Shown here: positions 1-11,774 of the stretch, in pieces
Layout: every line of letters starts with the position of its first letter
How positions within the stretch are numbered: the first letter of the stretch is position 1
Assembly: GCF_018977255.1 (NCBI RefSeq)
Contig: NW_024704743.1
Span: 17,052,001 to 17,116,000 of the forward strand
Reading direction: 5' to 3'
Length of the DNA stretch: 64,000 bases
Source: Callorhinchus milii
Taxonomy: Eukaryota
Made by a program: the position numbers and the translations under genes
Notes under the pieces: model-generated
Database searches by the model: none
Seen by the model: the letters and a program-made list of their open reading frames with translations, nothing else
What the model was told of the DNA's origin: nothing

Positions 1-495
1 CGACTCTATCTAAAGTGTGCATACAAGTATGCGCGCCAAAACAGTTCTTGCCGATTACGGCTGGCACAATAAACATTGATCACAGTGTGCACCACGCAGA
101 TGTTTACCAACAAAACACGTAAAGACATCGCAACAGAATCTATGCAAGATACAATAAATACATTGTGACGGGAGTGTTCTCTGCACCTCCATTGAAATGG
201 GGGTACCGAGGCATCCCTGCCTGAGTTCTGCTGCCTTTATCGACTCAGTTCATGATATTCTACTTCCAAACACGTACGTCATCTTGGAGCCAACTCAGCC
301 CCAAAGAGACTAAGGGTATCAGGAGCTACTCGACACCCGACTTTTGGTGAGCAGCACAACTCAGCATGAAACGTGTGAGGCCACAACGCTCCTGCCCTTA
401 GCCCAGATTGGTTTATCAAAGTTCCTGACAAATTATAATCTAACATTTTTAAAATAACATTTACAACCAATTTTATTTTTAGCAAATAGTGTCAT

Positions 496-930
496 AGGTG
501 TCAGCCTGTCTTAGTTGGCAGCACACTCGCCTCTTGTCAGAAGGTTCTGGGTTCAAGCCCCTATCTCAGGTCCCTGAACTCGCAATCTAGGCTGACACAA
601 CAAAAACAGTGCCGGGAAAGCCCTACATTGTTGGAGGTGCAGCCCTTTGGATGAAATATTAAACCCAGGTACCCTCTGCCTGTTCTGAGAGCAATTAAAG
701 ATCCCAGAGCACTATTCAAAAAGGGAAAATGAAAAAGGAGTTTCTCCTGGTGTCCTGGCCAAGGATCCACCAGAAAAGTTGATCGACCACTTCATGTTTG
801 TGGGTCATTTTAGTGTGCAAATTAGCTTCCGTGTTAACTTACAAAATTCACTCACTACACCTAACAGAAAATGTATGAAGTGCTTTGAGATGTTCTAAAC
901 ATTATATATCAAGAGCAAGGATTGTTATCT
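496..930 (+). mobile_element. Older Deu-domain SINE (SacSINE1/AmnSINE-like). Other copies: ~6112-6742(-), 8635-9300(+), 36100-36270(-), 39320-39700(-), 53340-53680(-), 60550-60710(+), 61030-61340(-)
   Basis: tRNA-like head, then cattgttggaggtg..ctttggatga..ttaaacc..aaagatccc..gcactattc..ttctcctggtgtcctggccaa, which matches the Deu domain as recalled. Confidence 0.75.
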
Positions 931-2009
931 ATTATGCAGTAGGTTAGCATATTGCAATTTCACCTCCGTGACTGGATATGTTTTGAATCAAGACTAGTAT
1001 GAAAGTCTCCCCATTCTACTGTTACAGGAATCAACAACAACAAATTGGGAGGATGTCTCAAGGTGGTGGACAGTTAACGCTTGCTCGTGGTGGGGGTGGT
1101 GGGCGGTGGAGCCTGACCAAAGATGCAGTCAAAGAAGAAGGTCCTGAGACAGATCTTGAAGGAGGTTAAGGAAGCATTTGGCAAAGGGACTCCACAATGG
1201 AGTTCCAAAGAGTGAGGGCATTTAGATTGCAAGTGGGGCAAGGGAGCAGAGAGAGCGGACCGGTGGTAGGGTTTAAGAAGGTCACAGACAAGACAATGGA
1301 AGGAAGTGAGGATGAAGATCAATCCCCTGGGATTCATTCCTCCAGGGAGAGAGTGGGCACTCCGTTCCAATAAATATCTCAGAATTTTCACATGTAGGTG
1401 GAATGCATAGAACTCTTAGATTGGTTTGAATACTCTTAAACACAGTAATGGGTTTCCACATATATCAAATATTTGGGCCAAGTTAGCAAGTGACCTGCAA
1501 GTGTTTGTACCTACAGGGACATCTTAACATCATCGTAACGTTTTTCAAGACTTTTGCACACACACAAACTATTGGTGGTGTCCGCGAGCCAAACAGGGGT
1601 ATCGGAATCATAGTAAGCCCTCAAGTGAAGACTCCCCTTAATAATGTTTGGTAACATTAGCAAAGATAAGCCCCCCAAAAATAGAGTGGTTTGCTTCAGC
1701 ATGAACATCTTGATGCCATTGCGATACTTACAGAATAACACCAACATCATTGTTCCAGATGGTATCTGGAGGTCATGTAAAAGCACTGACTCCATTTTCA
1801 TGCCGAAATTCAGGGCTCTACAACTACAATGTAAAACAGTATTAATTGCCTCATCTCATTACGAGGTCCAGCAGAGGGGGTATTGCTTTAGATGTATATG
1901 GTGACAGTGATGAAAATAACCCTCTCCATGATCAAAAAAAGATAGAGTTGCTTTAGTAATGATTGAGCTTAGTCAGTTCACCATATGCAGCTCTATACCA
2001 GGTCCTGTG

Positions 2010-2285
2010 TGGAATCATAGATTCCTACAGCACAAAAGGAGGCCATTACGCCTATGGTGCCTGTGCCAGCTCTTTGAAAGAGGTAAACAATTTGTCCCAC
2101 TCCTCCAGTCTTTTTCCATAGCCCTGCAAATTTTTGCTTTTCAAGTATCTATCCAATTCTCTTTTGAAAGTTATTACTGAATCTGCTTCCACCATCCTTT
2201 CAGGCAGTGCATTCCAGATCCTAACAACTCGCTGCGTAAAAGAAAATCTCATCTCCGTCCCTGGTTCTTTTGCCAAATATCTTAA
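2010..2285 (-). mobile_element. CR1-clade LINE 3' end. Related fragments: ~7600-7910(-), 8955-9170(-), 29990-30540(+), 37870-38070(-), 38770-38950(-), 57820-58045(+), 61440-61640(+), 62230-62340(+)
   Basis: FTQRVVRIWNALPERMVEADSVITFKRELDRYL is the typical CR1 ORF2 C-terminus; tail ends ctatgattc. Confidence 0.85.
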
Positions 2286-3174
2286 AATCAAGCTTGGCCA
2301 GTTCAGTACATGCTACTCTGTACTGCTGGAAGTGACTTCAGACAGTTCACCACATGCAGTTCTGTGTGGAATCAAGCTCAATCATTTCAGCACATTCACC
2401 TTCCCGCTCGGCCAGTGTGGAATCGACCTCAGCGAGATTACCACTTACAGCTCGGCACTGGGCCCCTCAGTGGAGAGTGAAAAGTGACCTCTGATCTGCA
2501 GGGTCACTGGGACCAGTCATTGATCAATGAAATGTGTGCTCTGATTGGCAGCCTGGGTGTCGGGCCTCCAAATATATTGTTTCTTTTGTTCTATCTAATG
2601 TTTCCTTCAGCCTGCAACCACTAAGATTTTGGGTTCTGTTTGACCTTGTGTTCAAACTAACTATATTGTGGGGCAAAACCTGAGGCAAGTTTCCTTGTTT
2701 CACATGCCTCTGTCTACCTAGCAGTAAATAGGAACCCAGTCGTTAGTCAATTGGAGGATCGCCTTCCAGGAGTAATAATCCCTTCAAAAAAATTTATGAT
2801 AATTTGGTCACTCAATCCACACGACTGTTTGTGAGACACTGCTGTGCGCAATTGGCAGCCGCGTTTTGCCCACTAAATATACAGTCAATGAATTTTACAG
2901 TATATTCTGTGAAGCGCTTTGAGACGTCAGGCGCTATATCAAACGCAAGCATTATCATTAATATTACAATAGCAAAACAAAGTTGTGGCAGAGTAATGTA
3001 TACTCAATGATAACTAAGATTCGCGTGTGCTCTATTTACTGAATCTGCACAGGGCACAGCTGCGTTGTGGAATAATTAGGGCACCTGCGACACAGCACTA
3101 TTCAAACCCATTGATTTTTATGGCAGGGTCAGTTTAGGAGTCCAAAAAAAGACAGCTAGTTTTAGCCCACAAGT

Positions 3175-3340
3175 CCATTTTGGCCTAAAATTTAGCATTG
3201 TGCTGAATTGTGGAAAGTTCTTAAAATCAGCCTTAATTTGAAAACAAGTTCTTCTCAAGCATTGCGAAAAATCGGTTTCCAAATTAAGACTGGACTTAAG
3301 AACTTTTTGGAATTCTGTGCAATCTTAACTTCTAAGATAT
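3175..3340. repeat. Fold-back (palindromic) interspersed repeat; related copies at ~4215-4375 and ~43125-43335
   Basis: aaagttcttaaaatcagccttaatttgaaaac pairs with gtttccaaattaagactggacttaagaacttt; the other copies have the same layout. Confidence 0.65.
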
Positions 3341-4423
3341 GGTTTTACAAGCTAATTATAAACTGGCAACCATAAACAATGCGCTCTCCCTATATGTTTT
3401 AATTCCAATTTTATTTTAACTCTTGTTGATGGGAGATACATCTTCGCTCTTTATGCTTTAAAATGCTTTAAGCAGTGCTTGTTACAGAAGGTCTGTGGGT
3501 TGGATAAAGACCAAGTCAAAAGGTCAGAAAGCCCCTCAGGATTGTGTTTGAACTGCTGCTCATTATTCCTCGTGGCTCTGTTGATTGAGTGCTGGAGACC
3601 TCGTGGTGATCTGTGTCTGGATTTGCAGCAAATGGAAGGATCAGTGAAAGAACAGACACAGTCTCTGCTGAGTGATAGCTCAAGGAGAGAATGGCTCTCC
3701 TCCCCTCACACACAGCAGGGCACCAAGTTTTCTCAGGGCCAATGAGGGATGTTCTTCACAAGTTGCAGGTCATCCAGAACTCTGTAGCTCATGTCCTCTC
3801 CCGCAACAGGGTCCGTGACCCCATCACACCACCCTCGCCAGCTCTACATCTCTCAGAGATCGAGTTCAAAATTCGCATCCTCACCTTCAAGGCCCTCCAT
3901 GGCTTTGCCCCCTCCTACCTCTCCCACCTGTGAACCCCTTATCAACCTCTCCGCTCAGCAGGCTCTGACCTGCTCCATGTCCCCCACCCAGCGCACCACC
4001 CTCTGGAATTCCATCCCACAATCCCGTTGCCTCACTCCCTCTCTCGTCTCCTTCAATGCACACCTCAAGACCCTCCTCTTCAAGCGTGCCTTTAGCCACA
4101 CTCCTACCCTCCACCCTCCCTACTTCCAGCCTGTGAGATGATGTTGTCTGAAACAACACCACCAACAAATTACATTTGTGTAGCGCCTTTCATGGCAGGA
4201 GGAGAAATTATTTTACTAAAAATGAAATGAAAATTTAAGATTGTACAGAATTATGGAAAATTCTTACATTTAGTCTTAATTTGAGATTTTGTTTCTCAAT
4301 CACCGGGGCTTTCAAATTAATGCTGAAATGTAATCATTTTCACAATTCTGAGCCATCTTAAATTTTAAGACCAAGATGGTATTACCAGCTAAATAGAGGG
4401 GATTTGGGATAATCCTCAGATTG

Positions 4424-4436
4424 GGTGTGTGTGTGC

Positions 4437-4467
<31 letters not shown>

Positions 4468-4470
4468 GGA
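4424..4470. repeat. (GT)n microsatellite followed by poly-G
   Basis: Directly visible. Confidence 0.95.
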
Positions 4471-6373
4471 GGGTTAATGACGTCTCCATGGACATGATTG
4501 GCAACAGAATTTCTGAATCGAGTCCACACTCTGTGGTGGTCTTGATAGTCTGGTTCCTGAGCCAGGTGTGTCCACAGCACTCTAGCCCTATAGCAAGTGA
4601 TCCACTTCCCACATATACTGAAATCCTCTATTTTCCAGATCTACCTTGTGTTTCCTACTGAGACCCATGGTTCTGTAGTTTCAGAATTACAAAATACTCC
4701 TGCTGCTGCTGTGTCTCTCCAGGTTGCACAAAGCAACACGAAACGTGCCAGGGAGGGGCAGGGCCAGATACCACCAGCTCTGCTCCTCTTCCTGTCACTC
4801 TCCACGCCAGGAAGTAAAGCAGTGAAGTCAGAAATGGTTTGCGGCTGAACAAAATCAACCGCCGATCGATTCCATCTGTTGAACATGCTGCTCTAGAGAA
4901 CTACTGATCTTGGCTCAGCGTCAGGAATTGCAGGGCCAGTCTGGGAACAGAGATTTTCCCCCTCAGCTCCTGTTAACTGTGCAAGCCAAAGCTGTAATGG
5001 GTAGTGTGGTGCCATTAAGAATGGTGATGAGTTTCTACATGTGTCAGACACCTGGCGGACCCCCCAAAAAATTTCGGACTTTCGATGAATCTGTTAAGAA
5101 ACATCACAATTTTTCACACAGTCTTTTTCAGCAATGACTAAAATGCGATCTTTGGGGGAATATGACTGCTAGTAGCCAGAGAACAGTTAAGGATTAAGGA
5201 ATTCAACCTAAAAAGATTAATTTCAAGGAGATAAGAAGGGAGGTGGCAAGATGAATTGGGTAGAAAAGCTAGTAATACACGATGGAACATTTTTTTAAAA
5301 ATGTGGGTCAGATGGGTGTTTGACACATGCGGAAAACCCGTCACTATGAATAAGAGTATCCACACCAAACTGAGATTTCTATGCATCACACCTAAACATG
5401 GAAACTCCTATTTGGAATGGAATGTAGACTCTCTCCCTTGAGGTACACATCCCGGTTACCTAATTCCAAAACGTATTAGGCGCAGTTTGGCAAGAGTCAA
5501 GTCTTGAAAAGCCCAGAATGTGTTAGATCTGGAATAGCTTGCCATTGAAAGTACGGTCTGGTCTAGCTGGTCCAGCGAGGACCATCCTAGCTGTTAGGCC
5601 ATTTGTTTGCAGGGCTACCAGCAGCTCACAGAGAAGAATCCCGTGATTGATGTGCCCATTCAAGACCTACTGATGAGCCAGTCTGGCTGCAGACCTGCCT
5701 GTTCAGGAACTGGATCACCAAGACCACCACAAAGGATTGACTTGATTCTGACTTTCAATTGCAAAGCCAATTCAGCTCAAAGGAGAACCTGCTCAACACC
5801 CACCCCGCCCACCCCGAGCAAACTTAACTTGGATAGCAGCGTTAGATGCTGCGATTTGTGAAGTGGCAGTGTTCTCCCACATTGGAAATAACAAAGGGAT
5901 TTTACAGGTCTTATCTGTAGGAATGTACAGCAGTACAGATTATGCCTGAAAGCATGACCTTGAAGCTTGGCATCTGTATTACTGTGGCATTGTTTCAAAA
6001 CCGTCTGCTAAAACTTTGTAGTTTCAGACTCTTTGGCCTATCTGATCCTATCACTCCAGAACCCACTCCACTGTCCTTTGAAGCATGAATCTGGCTTTAT
6101 AATAAACAATAATAATCCTTGAATTTGGTATAGTGCCTTATCATGTCAGAAGGACATCTCAAAGTGCTTCACAGGAATTACTGTGGATGAAGTGACTGTG
6201 GGTTTGTAGGCAAATGCGGCAGCACAATTGCACACAGCAATGTCCCACAAACAGTCATGAAATGAATAACCAATTTTACTTTGGGAGATTGTTTACCAGG
6301 ACTCCGGGAGAAACTCCCTTCTCTTTTTGAAAAGTGCCATTGGATCTTTAACGTCCATCTGAACAGGCAGACA

Positions 6374-6561
6374 TAGGGCTGTCAACTCAGGTTGGATGTA
6401 ATCCATGAGGAATGGTTGCCATCATAAAGTGAAACAGCACTGGCTTTATGATGTCGCTAGGTCCCGAGAATTCCCTAAGAGTTTTCTCCCATGTTGCTCA
6501 CAGCAGATTAATCTTTAATTCCTGGAGACTCCAGGACAATTCGGGAGGGTTGGTAAACCTA
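6374..6561. mobile_element. MITE (TAGGGTTGCCAAC-type ends) inserted into a Deu-SINE
   Basis: Ends tagggctgtcaactc / gagggttggtaaaccta are imperfect inverted repeats. SINE sequence continues on both sides, with ggcaga repeated at the flanks. Confidence 0.6.
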
Positions 6562-7964
6562 GGCAGATGGGACCTCAGTTTAACATCTCATCCGAAGGAT
6601 GGTCCCTCCGACAATGCGGCACACCTCCAGCATTGCATTGGAATGTTGGAGTGTTAGCTTAGACTATGTGAATTCAACCCCTGACATGGGATATGAACAT
6701 ACAACCTTCTGACTCAGAAATGACAGTGCTACCAACTGGACACTTCCGTGTGTCTGTCATAAAATTGCCATTTACAACCCTGAACCTGTGCCCTCTTGGT
6801 CTGCTGCCTTGATGTGCATTTAAGTATCATTTTGGGTTTATGTTTTCTATCACATTTTGCATTTGAATACTTACCTCTTACACCGTCTCCAATTCTTCTC
6901 CACAAACGGCTTCTCCTCTAGCCCCTGTGCTGTCTCGTGCGACATTCCTCTGGTCCCCTCCTCTTCAATATCCACATGCCCCCTCTTGGTGACATCATCC
7001 GCAGACATGGGGTCAAGTTCCACATGTATACAAATGACACTCCCTGCTTGTCGGCCTTCCCAACTCTTCCCACCACAAGCTGCAGATCATCCAGAACTTT
7101 GTAGCTTGTATCCTCTCCCGCACCAGTCTCTGTAACCTCATCCCCCCATCACCTCCACCATTGCATGGCTCCACTGGTTCCCCATCCCCCAGAGGATAGA
7201 GTTCAATATCCTCGTCCTCGCCTTCAAGGCTCTCCACCGCCTTCACTACCTCTGTGACCTGCTGACCCCATATCAATCAGTCTGGTCCCTCCACCCACGA
7301 TCGGTGGATGGGCCTTCAGCCTTTTTGCCCTCACTCTTTGGAACTCCATCCCACATTGCCTTCGCCTCGCTCCCTCCCTTGCTTCCTTCAGGGCACGTCT
7401 CAACACCCTCCTCTTCGACCGAGCCTTCAGCCATCCTCTCCTATCTTCCCTGTGCTCCACCCTCCCCAATCCGGACCCCCAGCTTGGGTTCAAATCCCTG
7501 ACTGTCCAGCGCCTTGGGATGTCCTTCCAATGTGAAAGGGGCTACACAAATGTAATTTTGTATTGTATTTCATATACCTCTGGAAGGTCCTCTTTGAGAC
7601 ATCTCTTTTCAAGGCTGTAAAGACCTAAATTGTCAAATCATTCCTAATATCTCAACCTTGTAACGCTGTGCCTCTTATTTTTACTTCCTTGATGCAGAAC
7701 TAAGCATTTATCTGTAGTGAACTTCATTTATCAGTCATCAGCCTATGTCCATACTTTGTCAAACTCATGACTTCCTCTTATGGTTTCAGTTCCCAACCTA
7801 ACATAGTATCGTCTGAGTATGTAATACAAGTCTGTGAATCTGCATTTTAAGTCATTAATGCAAAGAACAGGAGAGTACCAAAGACAGACCTAAGGCACCT
7901 CATATTACCTCATTTCAAACTAGTTGCCCTGACAACTACCTCCTGGAAGCAAACTAGCTCCAAG

Positions 7965-8520
7965 GTGGCAATGGAATGTCAGAATTGAGCCAGCCCTCTG
8001 TGATGGTCTCAGTAGTTCGGTTCCTGAGCCAGGTGGGTATGCAGTATTTCAGGCCACTGCTGATGACAACACAGCCAGTCACTGGGGGCAGGGAGTCATC
8101 CCACTCAGCTCCTGTTAACCCTGCAATCCAAAGCCCTAATGGATAGGGTAGTCCTAGCTGGACAAGCAGTGGGAAAGCTTGCTGGACAGCGATACCAATG
8201 GCAAGCTATGCGGTTTTAGCTGGTTAGAATCCAGCAGTACCCCAACACACACTTTGGGGTCCCCAAGCCTTGGCTCTTGCCAACCTGTGTCTAATACTTT
8301 CCAGAATTAGGTAATCAGGATATGTCCCTCCAGGGAGAGAGTGCATATTCCATTCCAACAATCTCTGTCTCTATACTTCCTTTATTATTTATAGATAATA
8401 ATAACTATCTCTGGGATTTCCATGTGTAGGTGGGATGCATGGAAATCTCAGCTTGGTTTGGATACTCTTAAGTGTGGTGATGGGTTTCCATTCATGTCAG
8501 GCACCTGGCTAATGAGGTCA
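7965..8520 (+). repeat. Unclassified ~550-bp interspersed repeat; other copies ~1335-1490(+), 4490-5060(+, interrupted), 5305-5770(-), 18655-18960(+), 63760-64000(+)
   Basis: Shared blocks: gttcggttcctgagccagg; cagtcactgggggcagggagtcatcccactcagctcctgttaacc..caaagccctaa; ggggtccccaagccttggctcttgccaa; ctccagggagagagtg. Confidence 0.8.
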
Positions 8521-10534
8521 GGCTAATGAGTCTGTAGTTACCACGTATGGTTCTCATACTTTTCCTGAATGTAGGAACCCTATTTGCTTGTTTAGTCCGT
8601 CAGAATCTCACCAGTGATAATTGATTCCCTTCACCATGTCTGTCAGTGCTTCACAAATCAGCTGCCTTGTCTCTTTACCCAAGGGTACATTTCTGTGTGT
8701 CAACATGGCTCAGTTCCTAACACTCTCACCCTTGAACCAGAAGGTTGTGGTTCAAGCCCATCGTTGGAACTTGGAACTCATATAGTCGAGGCAGTCAATC
8801 CAGTACATTGCTGGGGGAGTCTTGCATTGTGAGAGGTGAAGTCCTTCAGATGAGAAGTTAAACTGAGGTCCTGTCTGCCTGTTCAGATCTTATCTCTCGG
8901 CCACCTATTCCTGATAACCTGACCAACAATCCTCTGAATAAAATTGGTCATTCATAGAATCATAGATTACAGAACAGAAGGCCACTTGACCCATCGTGCT
9001 TGTGCTGGCTCTTTGGAAGAGGTATCCAATCAGTACCACTCCCCGGCTCTTAACCCATATCCTGGCAAAATTTTCCTTTTCAAGTACCTATCCAATTCCC
9101 ATTTGAAAGTTGTTATCAAATCTGTTTCCACCACCCTTTCAGACAGTGCATTCCAGACGTAACAACTCTGTGTGGGGCATTGCTGTGCACAAATTGGCTA
9201 TCATGTTTGCCCACAAAAACAGTCACTCCACTCTATAACATTATCCTTTGAGACATCTACTGGATGTTGAAAGGTCAAATGTAAGGATTATTATAAATAA
9301 TTCATCTGCCTTAAATGTGTTGGTTTTCAGCTTTGAATCTATTCCAGAACCTCACTAAAGTCCAAGTCAGCCCTGAAGCTCATTGTGTTGTGTTGCAGGT
9401 GGGACAAAGTTTTTAATCTCCTTCCTGCAAAAAAATTCCCTCGTCCCCAAAGAATTTCTCAGTTTTTATATTGTGGATAAAAAAGACTTTAATGGCCCTT
9501 ATCAAGGAGTACTTTTTCAGCTCCAGCTTAATTACAAAAGGCATATTTTAGGGTGGACCTTAGAGCTATATGCGCCAGATGCAATACTGATAGTAGTGAA
9601 GTGAAAAAATGTTCAAGAACATGTTGTTACAGCTTCAATATGGAACAAATTACATTTGTATGTCACCTTTTACTTCGGGGGAACACCCTAATGCACTGGC
9701 CAGTGTCAGGGGTTAGAACCCGAGCTGGGAGTTGGGAACAAGAGGGGTGGAGGGCAGGGGTAGGAGGGTGACCAAAGCTGCGGTCGAAAAGGAGGGTCAT
9801 AAGATGGGCCTTGAAGAAGGCAAGAGAGGGAGCAAGGCAAAGTGATGGAGTTCCAAAGGGTGGGGCAGAGAGGCTAAAGGCCTGGCTGCTGATGGTGAGG
9901 TGGGCTGTACAGGGAACATGGAACAGGCTGGAGCCTGCTGAGCAGAGGGAGAGGACAGGACAACATATGAACAAAAGGAAGTAGGAAGTGAAGGAGAATC
10001 TTTTTGGGTGAAAAGCAAGTGAAACAAACTACCATCATGTTATCTGGCTTGATCTCCTGCATGCTGAAGTAATGGAAAATCTGTTTTAGTCTGATCCTGC
10101 TAGAAAAACGAGTGTATTTACACTATTTCAGGAATCAAACGCATGATGTAAAAGCAGCAAAAATAAATCACACAATCAATCCGAGCTGTTTAATGCTGAT
10201 GTATTTGTAGCATAAATATGTGGCCATGGCGTGAAAAGTATTTACGAGGATTGGCCAATTGAGTCTGCGGAAAGCCCCACCCCAGGATTAGCTTCAGCAT
10301 AACTCAAATTCAATTAGGCATATGCAATTACTGAACAGCCTGCTGCTGGGGCTACTCAACCTGCTCTGGTACTTATTGTACACTTGACGCTCGTAATGCT
10401 CTTATTAGACAAGAGGCTCTTATTAGACATTCCATCTGTACATGACAGGATCTTCTTCCTAAATTGCCTGGTTTTGGGACCAGGCATACTCCCCTGTGTC
10501 TTTTAAAACACCTTTTAAAATGGTCTTACCAGGG

Positions 10535-10680
10535 AACAGGACGCAAAATACTGCAGATGCTGGAAATCGGAAACAAAAACAGAAGTCGCTGGGAACACTC
10601 AGCAGGTCGGGCAGCATCTATGGAGAAGGGAAAGTGAGTCAATGTTTCAGGTCCACGACCCTTCGTCAGAACTGGGGCTG
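10535..10680 (-). mobile_element. Penelope-like terminal repeat fragment with a minimal hammerhead ribozyme core (about 10637-10674)
   Basis: The minus strand reads agtt-CTGACGA-agggtc gtg gacct-GAAAC-attg-act, followed by the gatgctgcccgacctgctgag...ttccagcatctgcag motif that I recall from this repeat class in cartilaginous fishes. Confidence 0.75.
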
Positions 10681-11774
10681 GTTGGGAGGGAGAGGCTTTT
10701 AAGGGCTAAACAGAGGGTGGGGGGGGACAGGGCAAGAAAGACAAAGGAGAAAATGGGGTTGAGGTCAGGGGATGATGGGTTAAAGAGGAGTTAATGATGC
10801 GGGGGGGATTGTAATGCAATGCCGAATTGGAACAGGTGCCCAGGTTAACAATCCTCCAAATAAAATTGGTCACTGCTCCATAGCTGTTGGGACATTGCTG
10901 TGCGCAAATTGGGTGCAGCGTTCGCCCACAAAATATAGTCACATCACTTTACAGTATATCCTATGAAGCACTTTTGAGACATTAATGACATAAGGTGCTA
11001 TATCAAATGCAAGGATTATAATATATTTAGAGTCTCCATCACTTTTTCCATTGTTGCCAGATTTCCTGAGCTACTTGTGACAGAATGATATTTTACGCGT
11101 GTAAATACAGTGTAGCAGAAGTCAGGAGATGCACCTGAATATCAGACAACTTTGCGCAGTCTTCTAGTTCTGTTAAGGCAGCTGGAAATCATGAAAATAA
11201 ATGTGCCATTTGGCGATGAGTAAAGGTATAACAACTTGCGGAAACCCAGTCTGACTCTTCATTCACAAAGTTGAATTTCCTCTCCCCGGGAGCAACAGCA
11301 AGTGAAACTCAAGAGTACAATTAGGCACCAGGAAAAATCCCGTTTCACATCACGAGTTGCAACCAGAGACGGGCTCGCCTCAGGAAGTAAGCTATTAAAA
11401 AAAGCAGCACAAAGATCAAACCTTTTTACAGTAGTTGGAAGTAAAACATATTAAACTGCTGCTTTGCAAACAATGATACTGTTTCTAATACTGACTGAAG
11501 TGCCCCACCATCGGTGGTTGGGCTTTCAGCCTATCTCTGGAACACCATCCCAGAGTCCCTTCGCCTGGCCCTTCCATGCCTCCTTCAAGGTCTGTCTGAA
11601 GACCTTCTTCTTTGGCCGCGCCTTTGGTCATCTTATTCTGTCCCCCCCGCCCCGAAATCCAACCTCCAGCTCAGGGGCAAACACTTGACTGTCCAGTGTT
11701 TGGGATGTCCTCCCAAGGCGCTATATAAAGGCAATTTGTTGTTGACCAAATGCAAACAAAGATTAAATTGGAGA

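Noticed and set aside
278..425. Exon-like minus-strand segment within ORF 279-485
   Set aside because: Stops in all three frames between the putative splice sites and no recognisable homology.
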